From Obrimoposthia wandeli (Eukaryota), in the NCBI GenBank assembly GCA_977020255.1, contig CDROCS010000933.1, positions 1-64,000 on the forward strand: DNA of 64,000 nucleotides, given 5' to 3'. This document shows positions 21,767 through 31,695 of this stretch, in pieces; the stretch's first letter is position 1; each line of letters opens with the position of its first letter. The notes under the pieces were generated by a model. It was not told the DNA's origin, did no database searches, and worked only from the letters and a program-made list of their open reading frames with translations. A program made the translations under genes and the position numbers.

Positions 21767-23584
21767 ATGACAAATCGACTGCCTAAGAAGACCCCTTCGA
21801 CTATATCGACGCTCAACGAACTTGCGACGTTGGCAAACTATTCCCTCATGGACACACTCAACTGTGATCCTGATGCGACAGAAAATGGTGCTGATCACGC
21901 CCCGAGACAAGTATTCTCGGGCCATTATGTCCCCGTCAATCCTACTCCAATCAAAGATCCTGAGTATGTAGCGCACAGCAAAAGCTTTTTTTCTGAGCTT
22001 GGATTCGCTGACAATATGGCTGAGTCCGCTGATTTCGTCCGCATGTTCTCTGGTGATCTTTCTCAAATTCCAGAACCGATGCGCCAGGTCGGTTGGGCGA
22101 GCGGGTACGCACTTTCTATCTACGGTACTGAATACATCCAGCAGTGCCCGTTCCGAACGGGTAACGGATATGGAGACGGTCGTGCAGTTTCTGTGCTTGA
22201 GGCTGTTATCAAAGATCAACGCTGGGAAATGCAGCTGAAAGGTGGCGGCCGCACGCCATATTGCCGCGGCGCAGATGGTCGCGCTGTCTTGCGGTCTAGT
22301 ATCCGCGAGTTCTTGGCTCAGGAGCACATGCACGCACTGGGCGTTCCCACATCACGATCTTTAAGTTTGTACGTTTCAAAAACGGAGACGGTGAAGCGAC
22401 CATGGTATTCTGAGGGCTCGCGCTCGGAAAATCCCGACATGCTTATATCTGAAGCCGTCGCCATTTCGACACGTGTTGCACCGTCGTTCATCCGCGTTGG
22501 CCAACTCGAACTTTTCGCTCGCCGTGCCCGTACCAGTGAACACCCGAAAGCGCTAGAAGAACTCGAGAAAATTGTACTGCACTTGATTGACCGTGAGTAC
22601 GCCGACGTTGTCGATATGCAACTCTCCACCCCAGAAAAAGTGGTGTTGCTGGCGCGTGAGTTTCGTAGCCGTCTTACGTCATTGGTAGCAAACTGGATCC
22701 GCGTCGGCTTTTGCCAGGGTAACTTCAACAGCGACAACTGTGCAGCTGGTGGCTTTACACTTGATTATGGTCCCTTCGGTTTTAGTGATGTGTTTAACCC
22801 GCATTATCAGCCTTGGACGGGTGGTGGTCATCACTTCTCGTTCATGAACCAAGCAAACGCTGCGGAGCGAAATTTCGGCATGTTTTGTTCGACGTTACGA
22901 CAGTTACTGGTATCACATCAGGACTGTTTGCTCGCACTCGACGAGATCCAAAGTGGGTTTTCGCAAGTTATGAACACGCAAATGAACAAGATGTGGGCTG
23001 CGAAACTGGGGCTGGATCTAGATCTGGATACAGAGTCTTACCAGACACGTTGTAGCGAACTGATCAGCGAGCTACAAACACTGATGATGCAAGCGCCTGT
23101 CGATTACACAATTTTATTCCGTGAGCTGTCGTCGATACCCGATGACATTGGCCCGCTCAAAAAAAGCTTTTACAATAGCTTATACGATAACTTAGACAAT
23201 GGCTTAGACGAAAACTTATACAATGAGAAAGCGCATGATACAGCTAGCCAAGAGTTGGACAAGTACTGGGCTGAGTGGCTCAAAAAATGGAAAATGCTCC
23301 TCAACAACGCCAATGACGCGAATGCTACGTCGCCCCGAACCAGCGATGAAATCTCAAGGCAGATGAAGCTCGTTAACCCAAAATACATTTTGCGAGAGTG
23401 GTTTGTTATGCCGGCTTATCAGCAGGCAACTGCGGGTGATTATTCTCTCATTCGAGAGTTACAGGACGTGATGACACAGCCATATGCAGAACAATCGAAG
23501 GAGGTGGAGGATAAATACTATCGATTGAAACCGCTTGAGTTTTTTGAGGTGGGTGGATTGTCCCATCTTAGTTGCTCGTCGTGA
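21767..23584 (+). CDS. selO: SelO/YdiU family protein adenylyltransferase
   Basis: [56 protein letters not shown] and C-terminal CSS. Confidence 0.9.
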   Translation: MTNRLPKKTPSTISTLNELATLANYSLMDTLNCDPDATENGADHAPRQVFSGHYVPVNPTPIKDPEYVAHSKSFFSELGFADNMAESADFVRMFSGDLSQIPEPMRQVGWASGYALSIYGTEYIQQCPFRTGNGYGDGRAVSVLEAVIKDQRWEMQLKGGGRTPYCRGADGRAVLRSSIREFLAQEHMHALGVPTSRSLSLYVSKTETVKRPWYSEGSRSENPDMLISEAVAISTRVAPSFIRVGQLELFARRARTSEHPKALEELEKIVLHLIDREYADVVDMQLSTPEKVVLLAREFRSRLTSLVANWIRVGFCQGNFNSDNCAAGGFTLDYGPFGFSDVFNPHYQPWTGGGHHFSFMNQANAAERNFGMFCSTLRQLLVSHQDCLLALDEIQSGFSQVMNTQMNKMWAAKLGLDLDLDTESYQTRCSELISELQTLMMQAPVDYTILFRELSSIPDDIGPLKKSFYNSLYDNLDNGLDENLYNEKAHDTASQELDKYWAEWLKKWKMLLNNANDANATSPRTSDEISRQMKLVNPKYILREWFVMPAYQQATAGDYSLIRELQDVMTQPYAEQSKEVEDKYYRLKPLEFFEVGGLSHLSCSS

Positions 23585-23688
23585 TGCTTGGGGCTAAAAG
23601 TAGTAACTGATCTAGCTTAGGTAGTTATCTCACTCAATTTATAATTCAATGCTACCTTTATGGTAAACAAACACAAAAGGATATTGCA

Positions 23689-24309
23689 ATGGATTTTGAT
23701 TGGGTAGAGTGGTTTGGATATCTCGCATCGTTAGTTGTTCTTGTTTCTCTGACCATGACGTCAATCATAAAACTGCGGGTGATTAACTTTATTGGTTGCC
23801 TTTTGTTTGCTATATTTGCCTATTTTATTGACTCTTTACCTACGATGTTAATGAATCTGGGTATAGCTGGCATCAATGTTTATTTTTTATGGCGAATTAA
23901 TTCGACTGAGGAGCAGTTTAAGCTGATTGTTGCAGCGGTTCATTCTGAATATTTTGAGCATTTCATTTCAACAAATCAGCGTGACATTGAACGGCAAACT
24001 ACGGTAGATGAACTTAGACAAGCCAATACGGTGTTTTATATGCTCAGGAATAACAGCATAGCGGGTGTATTAGCGGGGAATAATAATGACCAAGGCGTGT
24101 TGTCAGTGCTATTGGACTTTGTTACACCGGAATATCGTGATTTTAAGTTGGCGGATTATTACTATAAGTCGCACCCTGATGTACTCAAACACAGAGGGGT
24201 TAATACACTGATGGCGAAACCAACCACGCAGGAACAAAAAGATTACTTACTCAAAGTGGGGTTTCAGGTCGTTGATGGCACAGAGGGGGTTTATCAGAAA
24301 AAACTATAA
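23689..24309 (+). CDS. YgjV-family inner membrane protein with soluble C-terminal domain
   Basis: EWFGYLASLVVLVSLTMTSIIKLRVINFIGC..F..FAYFI, then DFVTPEYRDFK. Confidence 0.65.
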   Translation: MDFDWVEWFGYLASLVVLVSLTMTSIIKLRVINFIGCLLFAIFAYFIDSLPTMLMNLGIAGINVYFLWRINSTEEQFKLIVAAVHSEYFEHFISTNQRDIERQTTVDELRQANTVFYMLRNNSIAGVLAGNNNDQGVLSVLLDFVTPEYRDFKLADYYYKSHPDVLKHRGVNTLMAKPTTQEQKDYLLKVGFQVVDGTEGVYQKKL

Positions 24310-24496
24310 GGGAGAAATTGTTAGAAAAGAGCAGCAGACATATCGCTAACCATTCAGATCTTAATAAAGCATCAAATCCACTCACAATTCAGGCATCACT
24401 CGTCAAAAAAAACGCTGTAAATGACTTTTCTCAATTTCATTGGCCAATATCAGTAGTAAGATAATAACCCTCATTAAAAAAATTAAAGTAGTTACC

Positions 24497-25075
24497 ATGA
24501 CAATCGATCTAAATAGCCGTTACGGCTTAAATCCTGCACATAGTGAAGTAGTAGAAGCGTGTAACGTTATTGAGCCGTGCGATACATTAGATATGGGCTG
24601 TTCGAATGGGCGTAATGCGTTGTATCTCGGCCAACTCGGATTTAACGTCAATGCCATCGATATAAATGCCGGTGCCATTGATACGCTACAAAGCATTATT
24701 GATCAAGAGAAGATCACTAACATTAAGACTCAGGTGCTCGACATTAACAGTGCCAACCTTTGTACAGGCGATGTTAAGCACTATGGTTTTATATCATGTA
24801 CCGTAACCCTTATGTTTATCAACCCTGTCAATGTTGACGCTATCATTGCTGATATGCATAAGCGTACTTTGCCTGGCGGTTATAACCTGATTGTTTGCGC
24901 CATGAGCACTGAAGAACACCCATGCCCAATTCGCTTCCCATTTACCCTAAAAGCGGGGCAGTTGCGTGAGGCTTATGAGGGGTGGGAGCTGATTAAGTAC
25001 AATGAAGATGTAGGTACTATGCACAATGGCGCGAAATTGCAGTTTGCGACCATGTTGGCACGTAAGCCGGCCTAA
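24497..25075 (+). CDS. tehB: Tellurite resistance SAM-dependent methyltransferase
   Basis: HSEVVEA, LDMGCSNGRNALYL, PGGYNLIV, GELR-like AGQLREAYEGWELIKYNE, FATMLARK. ATG 24497 is preferred. Confidence 0.85.
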   Translation: MTIDLNSRYGLNPAHSEVVEACNVIEPCDTLDMGCSNGRNALYLGQLGFNVNAIDINAGAIDTLQSIIDQEKITNIKTQVLDINSANLCTGDVKHYGFISCTVTLMFINPVNVDAIIADMHKRTLPGGYNLIVCAMSTEEHPCPIRFPFTLKAGQLREAYEGWELIKYNEDVGTMHNGAKLQFATMLARKPA

Positions 25076-25334
25076 AAAATAAAACATAGCCTTCGTATTC
25101 TTTGCAATAAGGGTCGATACACTCATGGCCAAACCTACGACGCAGGAGCGTCGGTTTTAAACCTTACAAATTAGACCATCATGCACTAGCTTGAAATAAC
25201 TCGTGTACATCTTTTAGTCTTGTGCTTGTATAGTTTTAGCATGATTTTCTAGGAAGAAAGAGTGAATATTGAATTGAGAGTGTTACTATCTTCCACGATA
25301 TATGAATCATTAATTTAGCCCCTAAGGATGTTTA

Positions 25335-26219
25335 ATGTCTGAAGTTTTAACTCATCAAGTACTTCCTACCAAAGTACTTTTTACCCAAGAAATCACTCAA
25401 TCTTTAACTCAAGTTCAATGGGTTGAGCAAACAGACACAAGCATTTATGTCGTTACTGAAAACACACCGTTCCATCCCGTCAGTCATATTTGGCCAGATC
25501 ATCCTGCAGACAAAGGTTTTCTCGTATTTGCAGGTACTAAATATACTGTGATTGATTGTCTTACTGGTGCTTTTGATATTGAAAATAACAAATTGCACGT
25601 AGGTAAAGATATTCCAGTTAAGCGCGGTGAGGAAGGGTGGCATTTCGTTGTGGTGCATGAATTAGCGGTTGATGCAGCGTTAAACATTCATGATGATGTT
25701 GAATTGATTGTTGATGCAAACTATCAAATCGCATTAAGTCGCGGACACAGTGCTGGTCACTTAGCTTCTTTTGCATTAAACAAAGTGCTTGAGCAAGCTT
25801 ACTGGCGCAAAGATGCATCGCGTAAAGATGCGTTAAACAGCCGTGATTTTCATTCTTATGCACAGGAATTAAGTCTGGTTTCTGAAAACCAATCAACTGA
25901 TAGTTACCGTTTAGGTAAAACGCTGAAAAAACGCGGACTTAATGTCGCTGAGATGCTGGCAGATATTGCGCTTATCGAAGCGAAGGTCAATGACGTGTTG
26001 GCAGCCTGGCTTGCGACGAAAGCGCCAGTAGTCATGAAATGTGAAGGAGAGCAGCTTACAGACTCTCGCTTTTGGTGTTGCGATTTAGGTAAAGGTGAGA
26101 GTATTACCATGCCTTGTGGTGGTTCACACGTCCAAAGTTTGGCGGAATATAACGCGGTTAAGATTATACTTACATTAAAGTCTGAACAAGACTTAGAGAT
26201 GATCACAACGGCAAGTTAG
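25335..26219 (+). CDS. Alanyl-tRNA editing protein (AlaX-like)
   Basis: Zn-binding HSAGH (HxxxH) and CGGSH (CxxxH); N-terminal TPFHP. Confidence 0.85.
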   Translation: MSEVLTHQVLPTKVLFTQEITQSLTQVQWVEQTDTSIYVVTENTPFHPVSHIWPDHPADKGFLVFAGTKYTVIDCLTGAFDIENNKLHVGKDIPVKRGEEGWHFVVVHELAVDAALNIHDDVELIVDANYQIALSRGHSAGHLASFALNKVLEQAYWRKDASRKDALNSRDFHSYAQELSLVSENQSTDSYRLGKTLKKRGLNVAEMLADIALIEAKVNDVLAAWLATKAPVVMKCEGEQLTDSRFWCCDLGKGESITMPCGGSHVQSLAEYNAVKIILTLKSEQDLEMITTAS

Positions 26220-26257
26220 TCGGTTGTGTGGAATAGTACTATTTATAGAAGAAAAGC

Positions 26258-26286
26258 AATAAAGGCGCAGATAATGCGCCTTTATT
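26258..26286. terminator. Bidirectional terminator
   Basis: AATAAAGGCGCA-GATAA-TGCGCCTTTATT between convergent genes. Confidence 0.75.
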
Positions 26287-26309
26287 GCTGAAGCTATCGG
26301 TAGAGCTTA

Positions 26310-26765
26310 TTAAGCACTAATACCGGCATTGTAACCGGGTACGCGAAATAGCTTACGACATAAATCAAGAAACTGACCGTAGAACACACCAACAAAACAA
26401 GACACAACCGCGTTGCTTGATACTGCTGTTACTATTTGAGCTAAGTCTGCACCGACAGATAATAAAATTAAGGCATAAACCGGCGATTGGAAAGAGACAT
26501 ACGCAAACGTATCACCAAACTGTTTGGTTAATTTATGCTTAACTAACCTACCACCGGTTTTAATAATATAATCACGATACAAACCATAAGGGTATGCAAT
26601 CGCGATGTTCACCGGAATTGACACTACACGAGAAGCTAAAGATCGTTCAAACGACATCCCAGAGACAAAAATCTCAATCAACATTCCCACAACAAAACTA
26701 AAAACGACCATTGCGAATGTATCAGCTGCGGCATTACGTACGCAGAAAGGGGTTTTAACTTGCAC
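26310..26765 (-). CDS. alaE: L-alanine exporter
   Basis: ADTFAMVVFSFVVGMLIEIFVSGMSFERSLASR...PYGLYRD...AYVSFQSPVYA. Confidence 0.88.
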   Translation of the reverse strand: MQVKTPFCVRNAAADTFAMVVFSFVVGMLIEIFVSGMSFERSLASRVVSIPVNIAIAYPYGLYRDYIIKTGGRLVKHKLTKQFGDTFAYVSFQSPVYALILLSVGADLAQIVTAVSSNAVVSCFVGVFYGQFLDLCRKLFRVPGYNAGISA

Positions 26766-27072
26766 TTGCTTATCTCCAGGTAGATTAATATGTCACATAA
26801 TTATGAGTATCCACTATCTATAAACTGGATGTTTAACGATAGGCGGGATATGTGGGTATTAAATCACGTATTAAGCAGTTTTAATCACTGTTGTTCTGTC
26901 TGTTTTTTAGTTTTTAATATATTAAATACTGAAAATGTATGAAAAATAGAACATAAATGCTGGTGAATAGAAAATAGGTGTGAATTAGTGTGATGGAGTT
27001 CAAGTTACTGACCGAAGTTTGCGGTCAGTATCGCGTAAGTTGATTTTGCTTGTTGACAGTTGGGTCAAGAAA

Positions 27073-27897
27073 TTAAGTTGTTAAGGTTATTTCATAGCTG
27101 GTGAATTTACGTATGTTGATCACACCCGTATCAAAAAATAGGTATTGGCCTTTAATGCCTTGCAATATACCGGACACAACCGGTTCTTTATCAAAATTGT
27201 GCGAGACAATTTTTGTCGGATGCTGAGTCACAGGGTAGTTAATCGTCACAATCTCTTCTTCAAGTTCTTCAATTGCATCTAAACCAAACATCATTTCGAT
27301 GTTACCTAACTGTTCTTCTATTAAAGGCATTAAACGAATTGCTTCAGCTTTTAAATCAAGATCCGCATTTTCACCTTTGAGCATTGTACGCCAATTAGTC
27401 TTGTCACCAATGAATTCAGCCAGTGCGGTTTCAACTAGTCCAGAAATCTGTCTGGTTTTAACTTTAAAAATGGGCAGACCCTGTGTAGCACCCTGATCAA
27501 TCCAACGCGTTGGTAATTGCGTATGGCGGGTGATACCAACCTTTAATGATGATGTGTTAGACAGGTAGACATAATGGTCAGTCATACAAAAATCATCAGC
27601 CCATTCAGGTTGACGGCAAGTACCGTGCTCATAATGGCATGTTTCTGGTTTCATTATGCACATGTCACAACTGGCTAATTTACGTGTACAAACAAAGCAG
27701 TGGCCTTGTGAATAGCTTTTCTTGGTTTTCTTACCGCAGTTCGAACAATGTATGTTGCCAGTGTGCGTCAGTGTGAGTGATTTACCGATAAATTCGTTTA
27801 ACGGAATAAGGGTATCGTCGAGTGGTAACTGGTAACTCACACTGCTATCTGCATTAAGAGTTGAAACCATTTTACTGATATGGCCGGTGTATGACAT
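27073..27897 (-). CDS. DUF2797 domain protein
   Basis: Cys-rich (CSNC, CFVC, CDMC) N-terminal part; KVGITR...TRWIDQGATQ; GIKGQYL. Confidence 0.8.
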   Translation of the reverse strand: MSYTGHISKMVSTLNADSSVSYQLPLDDTLIPLNEFIGKSLTLTHTGNIHCSNCGKKTKKSYSQGHCFVCTRKLASCDMCIMKPETCHYEHGTCRQPEWADDFCMTDHYVYLSNTSSLKVGITRHTQLPTRWIDQGATQGLPIFKVKTRQISGLVETALAEFIGDKTNWRTMLKGENADLDLKAEAIRLMPLIEEQLGNIEMMFGLDAIEELEEEIVTINYPVTQHPTKIVSHNFDKEPVVSGILQGIKGQYLFFDTGVINIRKFTSYEITLTT

Positions 27898-28167
27898 TTT
27901 AAATATTCCATTGCTGATGAAATTATAGGACTTAGTTGCGTTGTTGATTTACGGATTTATTCTTATATAAGATGGATAAATTCAGGTAACATCAACAAAA
28001 GCCGTGTAATTATAATGTAATTCTATATAATACTTGGTCTGAAATTTCTTTCTAGTTATAGTTTTTACTTTTAGTAATTCAATTACAAAGGGTTCGAACT
28101 CAAATTTCAGTTTTAGCCATACGAGAGGGTCTTTTGTACTCCTCATTTAGCTAAAATTCATTATCGC

Positions 28168-28241
28168 ATGATGTGTTGTTCACATCATTAATTTATGCAA
28201 ACGCTGCATCGTAGGCAGCATCACTGCAAAAAGGATATAAA
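28168..28241 (+). promoter_or_regulatory. thrS translational operator (two tRNA-Thr anticodon-mimic hairpins)
   Basis: ATGATGTG-TTGTT-CACATCAT (UGU loop) and GCTGC-ATCGTAG-GCAGC (CGU loop), followed by CACTGCAAA-AAGGATATAAAATG as in the E. coli thrS leader. Confidence 0.8.
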
Positions 28242-30176
28242 ATGCCTGTTATTACTCTTCCAGATGGCGCTCAGCGTCAATTTGACAATCCAGTATCTAT
28301 TATGGATATTGCCGCAGATATCAGTTCTGGTCTTGCTAAAGCGTGTATCGCTGGCCGTGTTAACGGTGAACGTGTTGACGCATGTGACTTGATCACTGAA
28401 GACGCTGCAATTGAAATCATTACTTCTAAAGATGCCGATGGTTTAGAGATCTTACGTCACTCTTGTGCGCATTTACTTGGTCATGCTATTAAGCAATTAT
28501 GGCCAAACACCAAGATGGCTATTGGTCCTACCATTGATAAAGGCTTCTATTATGACGTCGAAATGGAAGAACCAATTAGTGAAGCTGATTTAGCTAAACT
28601 AGAAAAGCACATGACCAAACTGGTTAAGACCAACTATCAAGTAATTAAGAAAGTTGTATCTTGGCAAGAAGCGCGTGACACGTTTGAAGCACGTGGTGAA
28701 ACTTATAAAGTAGCTATCTTAGACGAGAACATCGGTCGAGATGAAACACCTGCTTTATACCATCACGAAGAATACATCGATATGTGTCGTGGTCCGCACG
28801 TACCAGTAATGAAGCATTGCCAGCATTTCAAATTAATGTCTGTTGCCGGTGCATACTGGCGTGGTAACTCTGACAACAAGATGTTGCAACGTGTTTATGG
28901 TACAGCTTGGACAGATAAGAAAGAGCTTAAAGAATACCTTCAACGTCTTGTTGAAGCAGAAAAACGTGATCACCGTAAAATTGGTAAGCAGCTTGACCTT
29001 TACCATATGCAAGAAGATGCTCCGGGCATGGTGTTCTGGCATAATGATGGTTGGACGATTTTCCGTGAGTTAGAAACGTTCATTCGTGAAAAACTACGTG
29101 ATTTTAATTACCAAGAAGTGAAAGGTCCACAAATCATGGATCGTAGCTTATGGGAAAAATCAGGTCACTGGGACAAATATGCAGACGGTATGTTCTGTAC
29201 GCATTCGGAAAACCGCGAATACGCGATTAAACCAATGAACTGTCCTGGTCACGTACAGATTTATAACCAAGGTTTAAAATCTTATCGTGATTTACCATTA
29301 CGTATGGCTGAGTTTGGCTCATGTCACCGTAATGAACCATCAGGCTCGTTACATGGCTTGATGCGTGTACGTGGTTTCACACAAGATGATGCACATATCT
29401 TCTGTACTGAAGACCAAATACAACAAGAAGTGTCTGATTGTATTAAGATGGTTTTCGAAACGTATGAAACATTTGGTTTCAAAGATATCGAAATTAAACT
29501 GTCAACACGTCCTGATAATCGTGTAGGTAGTGACGAAACTTGGGATAAATCAGAAAAAGCACTTGCTGATGCATTAACGGCAAGTGGCCTAAGCTACGAT
29601 ATACAAGAAGGCGAGGGTGCGTTTTACGGACCTAAAATTGAATTTACCCTACATGACTGTTTAGATCGTGCATGGCAGTGTGGTACAATTCAGCTAGACT
29701 TCTCAATGCCTGAGAAATTAGGCGCGGAATATGTTTGCGAAAACAATGGCCGCGACACGCCTGTTATGATTCACAGAGCGATTTTAGGATCTCTTGAGCG
29801 CTTCATTGGTATTCTAATTGAAGAATATGCTGGTCTTTTCCCTACTTGGATATCACCTGTTCAAGCTGTTGTAATGAATATAACAGACAAACAGGCTGTT
29901 TTTGCTACAGAATTTGTAGAAAAAATGAAGAAAATAGGCATTAGAGCAAAATTAGACTTGAGAAATGAGAAGATAGGCTTTAAAATCCGGGAACATACTT
30001 TGAAACGTGTGCCCTATCTTTTGGTTATCGGCGATAAAGAAGTCGAATCAGGAGAAATTGCAGTTCGTACTCGTAAGGGCGTTGATTTAGGTACTATGAA
30101 GTTAGATGACTTTATTAGTAAATTACAAACCGAAATCAATAGCCGCGGTAAAACAACTTTGGAGGATTCGTTATAA
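28242..30176 (+). CDS. thrS: Threonine--tRNA ligase
   Basis: TGS domain, [35 protein letters not shown]. Confidence 0.98.
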   Translation: MPVITLPDGAQRQFDNPVSIMDIAADISSGLAKACIAGRVNGERVDACDLITEDAAIEIITSKDADGLEILRHSCAHLLGHAIKQLWPNTKMAIGPTIDKGFYYDVEMEEPISEADLAKLEKHMTKLVKTNYQVIKKVVSWQEARDTFEARGETYKVAILDENIGRDETPALYHHEEYIDMCRGPHVPVMKHCQHFKLMSVAGAYWRGNSDNKMLQRVYGTAWTDKKELKEYLQRLVEAEKRDHRKIGKQLDLYHMQEDAPGMVFWHNDGWTIFRELETFIREKLRDFNYQEVKGPQIMDRSLWEKSGHWDKYADGMFCTHSENREYAIKPMNCPGHVQIYNQGLKSYRDLPLRMAEFGSCHRNEPSGSLHGLMRVRGFTQDDAHIFCTEDQIQQEVSDCIKMVFETYETFGFKDIEIKLSTRPDNRVGSDETWDKSEKALADALTASGLSYDIQEGEGAFYGPKIEFTLHDCLDRAWQCGTIQLDFSMPEKLGAEYVCENNGRDTPVMIHRAILGSLERFIGILIEEYAGLFPTWISPVQAVVMNITDKQAVFATEFVEKMKKIGIRAKLDLRNEKIGFKIREHTLKRVPYLLVIGDKEVESGEIAVRTRKGVDLGTMKLDDFISKLQTEINSRGKTTLEDSL

Positions 30177-30715
30177 AAGGCGGAAAAAAAGGTCAACAAC
30201 AGACGGCCAGACAACATCGTATCAACGAAGAAATTCGTATACCAGAATGTCGCTTAAACGGTGCTGACGGTGAAGTAATCGGAATCGTATCTATAAGAGA
30301 TGCTCTTGCTAAAGCAGAAGAGTTAAGTTTAGATCTTGTAGAAATTAGCCCGAATGCCGAGCCTCCTGTTTGCCGTATAATGGATTACGGTAAATTTATA
30401 TACGAGAAAAGTAAGTCTGTTAAAGAGCAGAAGAAAAAGCAAATTCGTGTTCAGGTTAAGGAAATAAAATTCCGTCCTGGTACCGATACTGGCGATTATC
30501 AGGTAAAACTACGCAACCTGACTCGCTTCCTCGAAGAAGGTAACAAAGCAAAAATTACGCTGCGTTTCCGAGGTCGAGAAATGGCGCACCAGAGCTTAGG
30601 CTTTGATCTTTTAAATCGTATTAAAGAAGATTTAAAAGAAATAGCTGTCGTGGAGGCTTTCCCGAAAATGGAAGGTCGTCAAGCTGTGATGGTGTTAGCC
30701 CCAAAAAAGAAATAG
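30173..30715 (+). CDS. infC: Translation initiation factor IF-3 (non-AUG start, ATA)
   Basis: The frame extends upstream of the called ORF to ATA AAA GGC GGA (IKGGKKGQQ...RINEEIR), 7 nt after SD GGAGG; KEIKFRP and GREM are present. Confidence 0.93.
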   Translation: MKGGKKGQQQTARQHRINEEIRIPECRLNGADGEVIGIVSIRDALAKAEELSLDLVEISPNAEPPVCRIMDYGKFIYEKSKSVKEQKKKQIRVQVKEIKFRPGTDTGDYQVKLRNLTRFLEEGNKAKITLRFRGREMAHQSLGFDLLNRIKEDLKEIAVVEAFPKMEGRQAVMVLAPKKK

Positions 30716-30799
30716 TAGGTGCTTCCAAGTAGTATAAGTGTTTGAACACTTATGCTCGCCTTATTATTATTCATTAATATTCAACAATGCGGAGTTATA

Positions 30800-30994
30800 A
30801 TGCCTAAGTTGAAATCGAATAAAGGCGCTGCAAAGCGCTTTAAGAAAACCGCTAATGGTTTTAAACGCAAACAGTCTCACCTACGTCATATTTTGACCAA
30901 GAAGAGCACTAAACGTAAACGTCACCTTCGTGGTACGACAATGGTTGCAAAGTGCGATGTTGCATCCGTTAAACGTATGCTTCCATACGCTTAA
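30800..30994 (+). CDS. rpmI: 50S ribosomal protein L35
   Basis: [17 protein letters not shown]...HILTKK; GGAG SD before ATG 30800. Confidence 0.96.
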   Translation: MPKLKSNKGAAKRFKKTANGFKRKQSHLRHILTKKSTKRKRHLRGTTMVAKCDVASVKRMLPYA

Positions 30995-31021
30995 TTTTAG
31001 ATATAAAAGAGGAAAATAGTT

Positions 31022-31378
31022 ATGCCTAGAGTTAAACGCGGTGTTGTTGCACGTGCTCGTCACAAGAAAGTTTTAAAACAAGCTAAAGGTTATTACGGAG
31101 CTCGTTCACGAGTTTACCGTGTTGCCTTCCAAGCAATTACTAAAGCTGGTCAATATGCTTACCGTGATCGTCGTCAACGTAAACGTCAATTCCGTCAATT
31201 ATGGATTACACGTATTAACGCTGCTGCACGTCAAAATGGTATGTCTTACAGCCGTTTCATTAATGGCCTTAAACACGCCTCTATTGAAATCGATCGTAAG
31301 ATCTTAGCAGACATTGCTGTATTCGATAAAGCGGCATTTACTGTACTAGTAAATAAAGCAAAAGAAGCAGTTGCATAA
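31022..31378 (+). CDS. rplT: 50S ribosomal protein L20
   Basis: [16 protein letters not shown]...LWITRINAA. Confidence 0.98.
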   Translation: MPRVKRGVVARARHKKVLKQAKGYYGARSRVYRVAFQAITKAGQYAYRDRRQRKRQFRQLWITRINAAARQNGMSYSRFINGLKHASIEIDRKILADIAVFDKAAFTVLVNKAKEAVA

Positions 31379-31412
31379 TTAATAATTAATTATTAGTTAA
31401 GTAACGGTTATT

Positions 31413-31438
31413 AAAGGGAGGCTTGTGCCTCCTTTTTT
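31413..31438 (+). terminator. Intrinsic terminator after rplT
   Basis: GGAGGC-TTGT-GCCTCC-TTTTTT. Confidence 0.85.
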
Positions 31439-31476
31439 AGCATCTGGGATTTGATTTAATACAACGAGCTAGAACT

Positions 31477-31589
31477 AACTAATGCTAATACCTACAACCA
31501 ATCCAACGATTTCTACAGTTAACTAATACTGATATCTACAACTAGCCAATACGACTACCTACAAATAATTAATACGACTGACCTATAAA
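31477..31589. repeat. Degenerate ~22-23 bp direct repeat array (4-5 units)
   Basis: AACTAATGCTAATACCTACAACC / AACTAATACTGATATCTACAACT / AGCCAATACGACTACCTACAAAT / AATTAATACGACTGACCTATAAA. Confidence 0.5.
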
Positions 31590-31695
31590 ATAGGTATAAG
31601 CACCTGTCTACAAAGCCTTCTATATACTTGCATAATGCTTTTCTGTAATATCAATTCATCAATTTAAAATAATTTTGAGATAGATATTCAAATCC

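Noticed and set aside
21674-22737. Antisense ORFs (219 aa and 139 aa) opposite selO
   Set aside because: Shadow ORFs expected in a higher-GC gene; no motifs or RBS.
23573-23620. Selenocysteine read-through of the selO TGA
   Set aside because: In SelO the Sec aligns with the Cys of the terminal C-S-S, which is already TGC here. The TGA follows CSS as a normal stop, and no convincing SECIS hairpin is seen.
28085-28110. GGTTCGAA T-loop-like motif upstream of thrS
   Set aside because: No acceptor, D or anticodon stems around it; not a tRNA.
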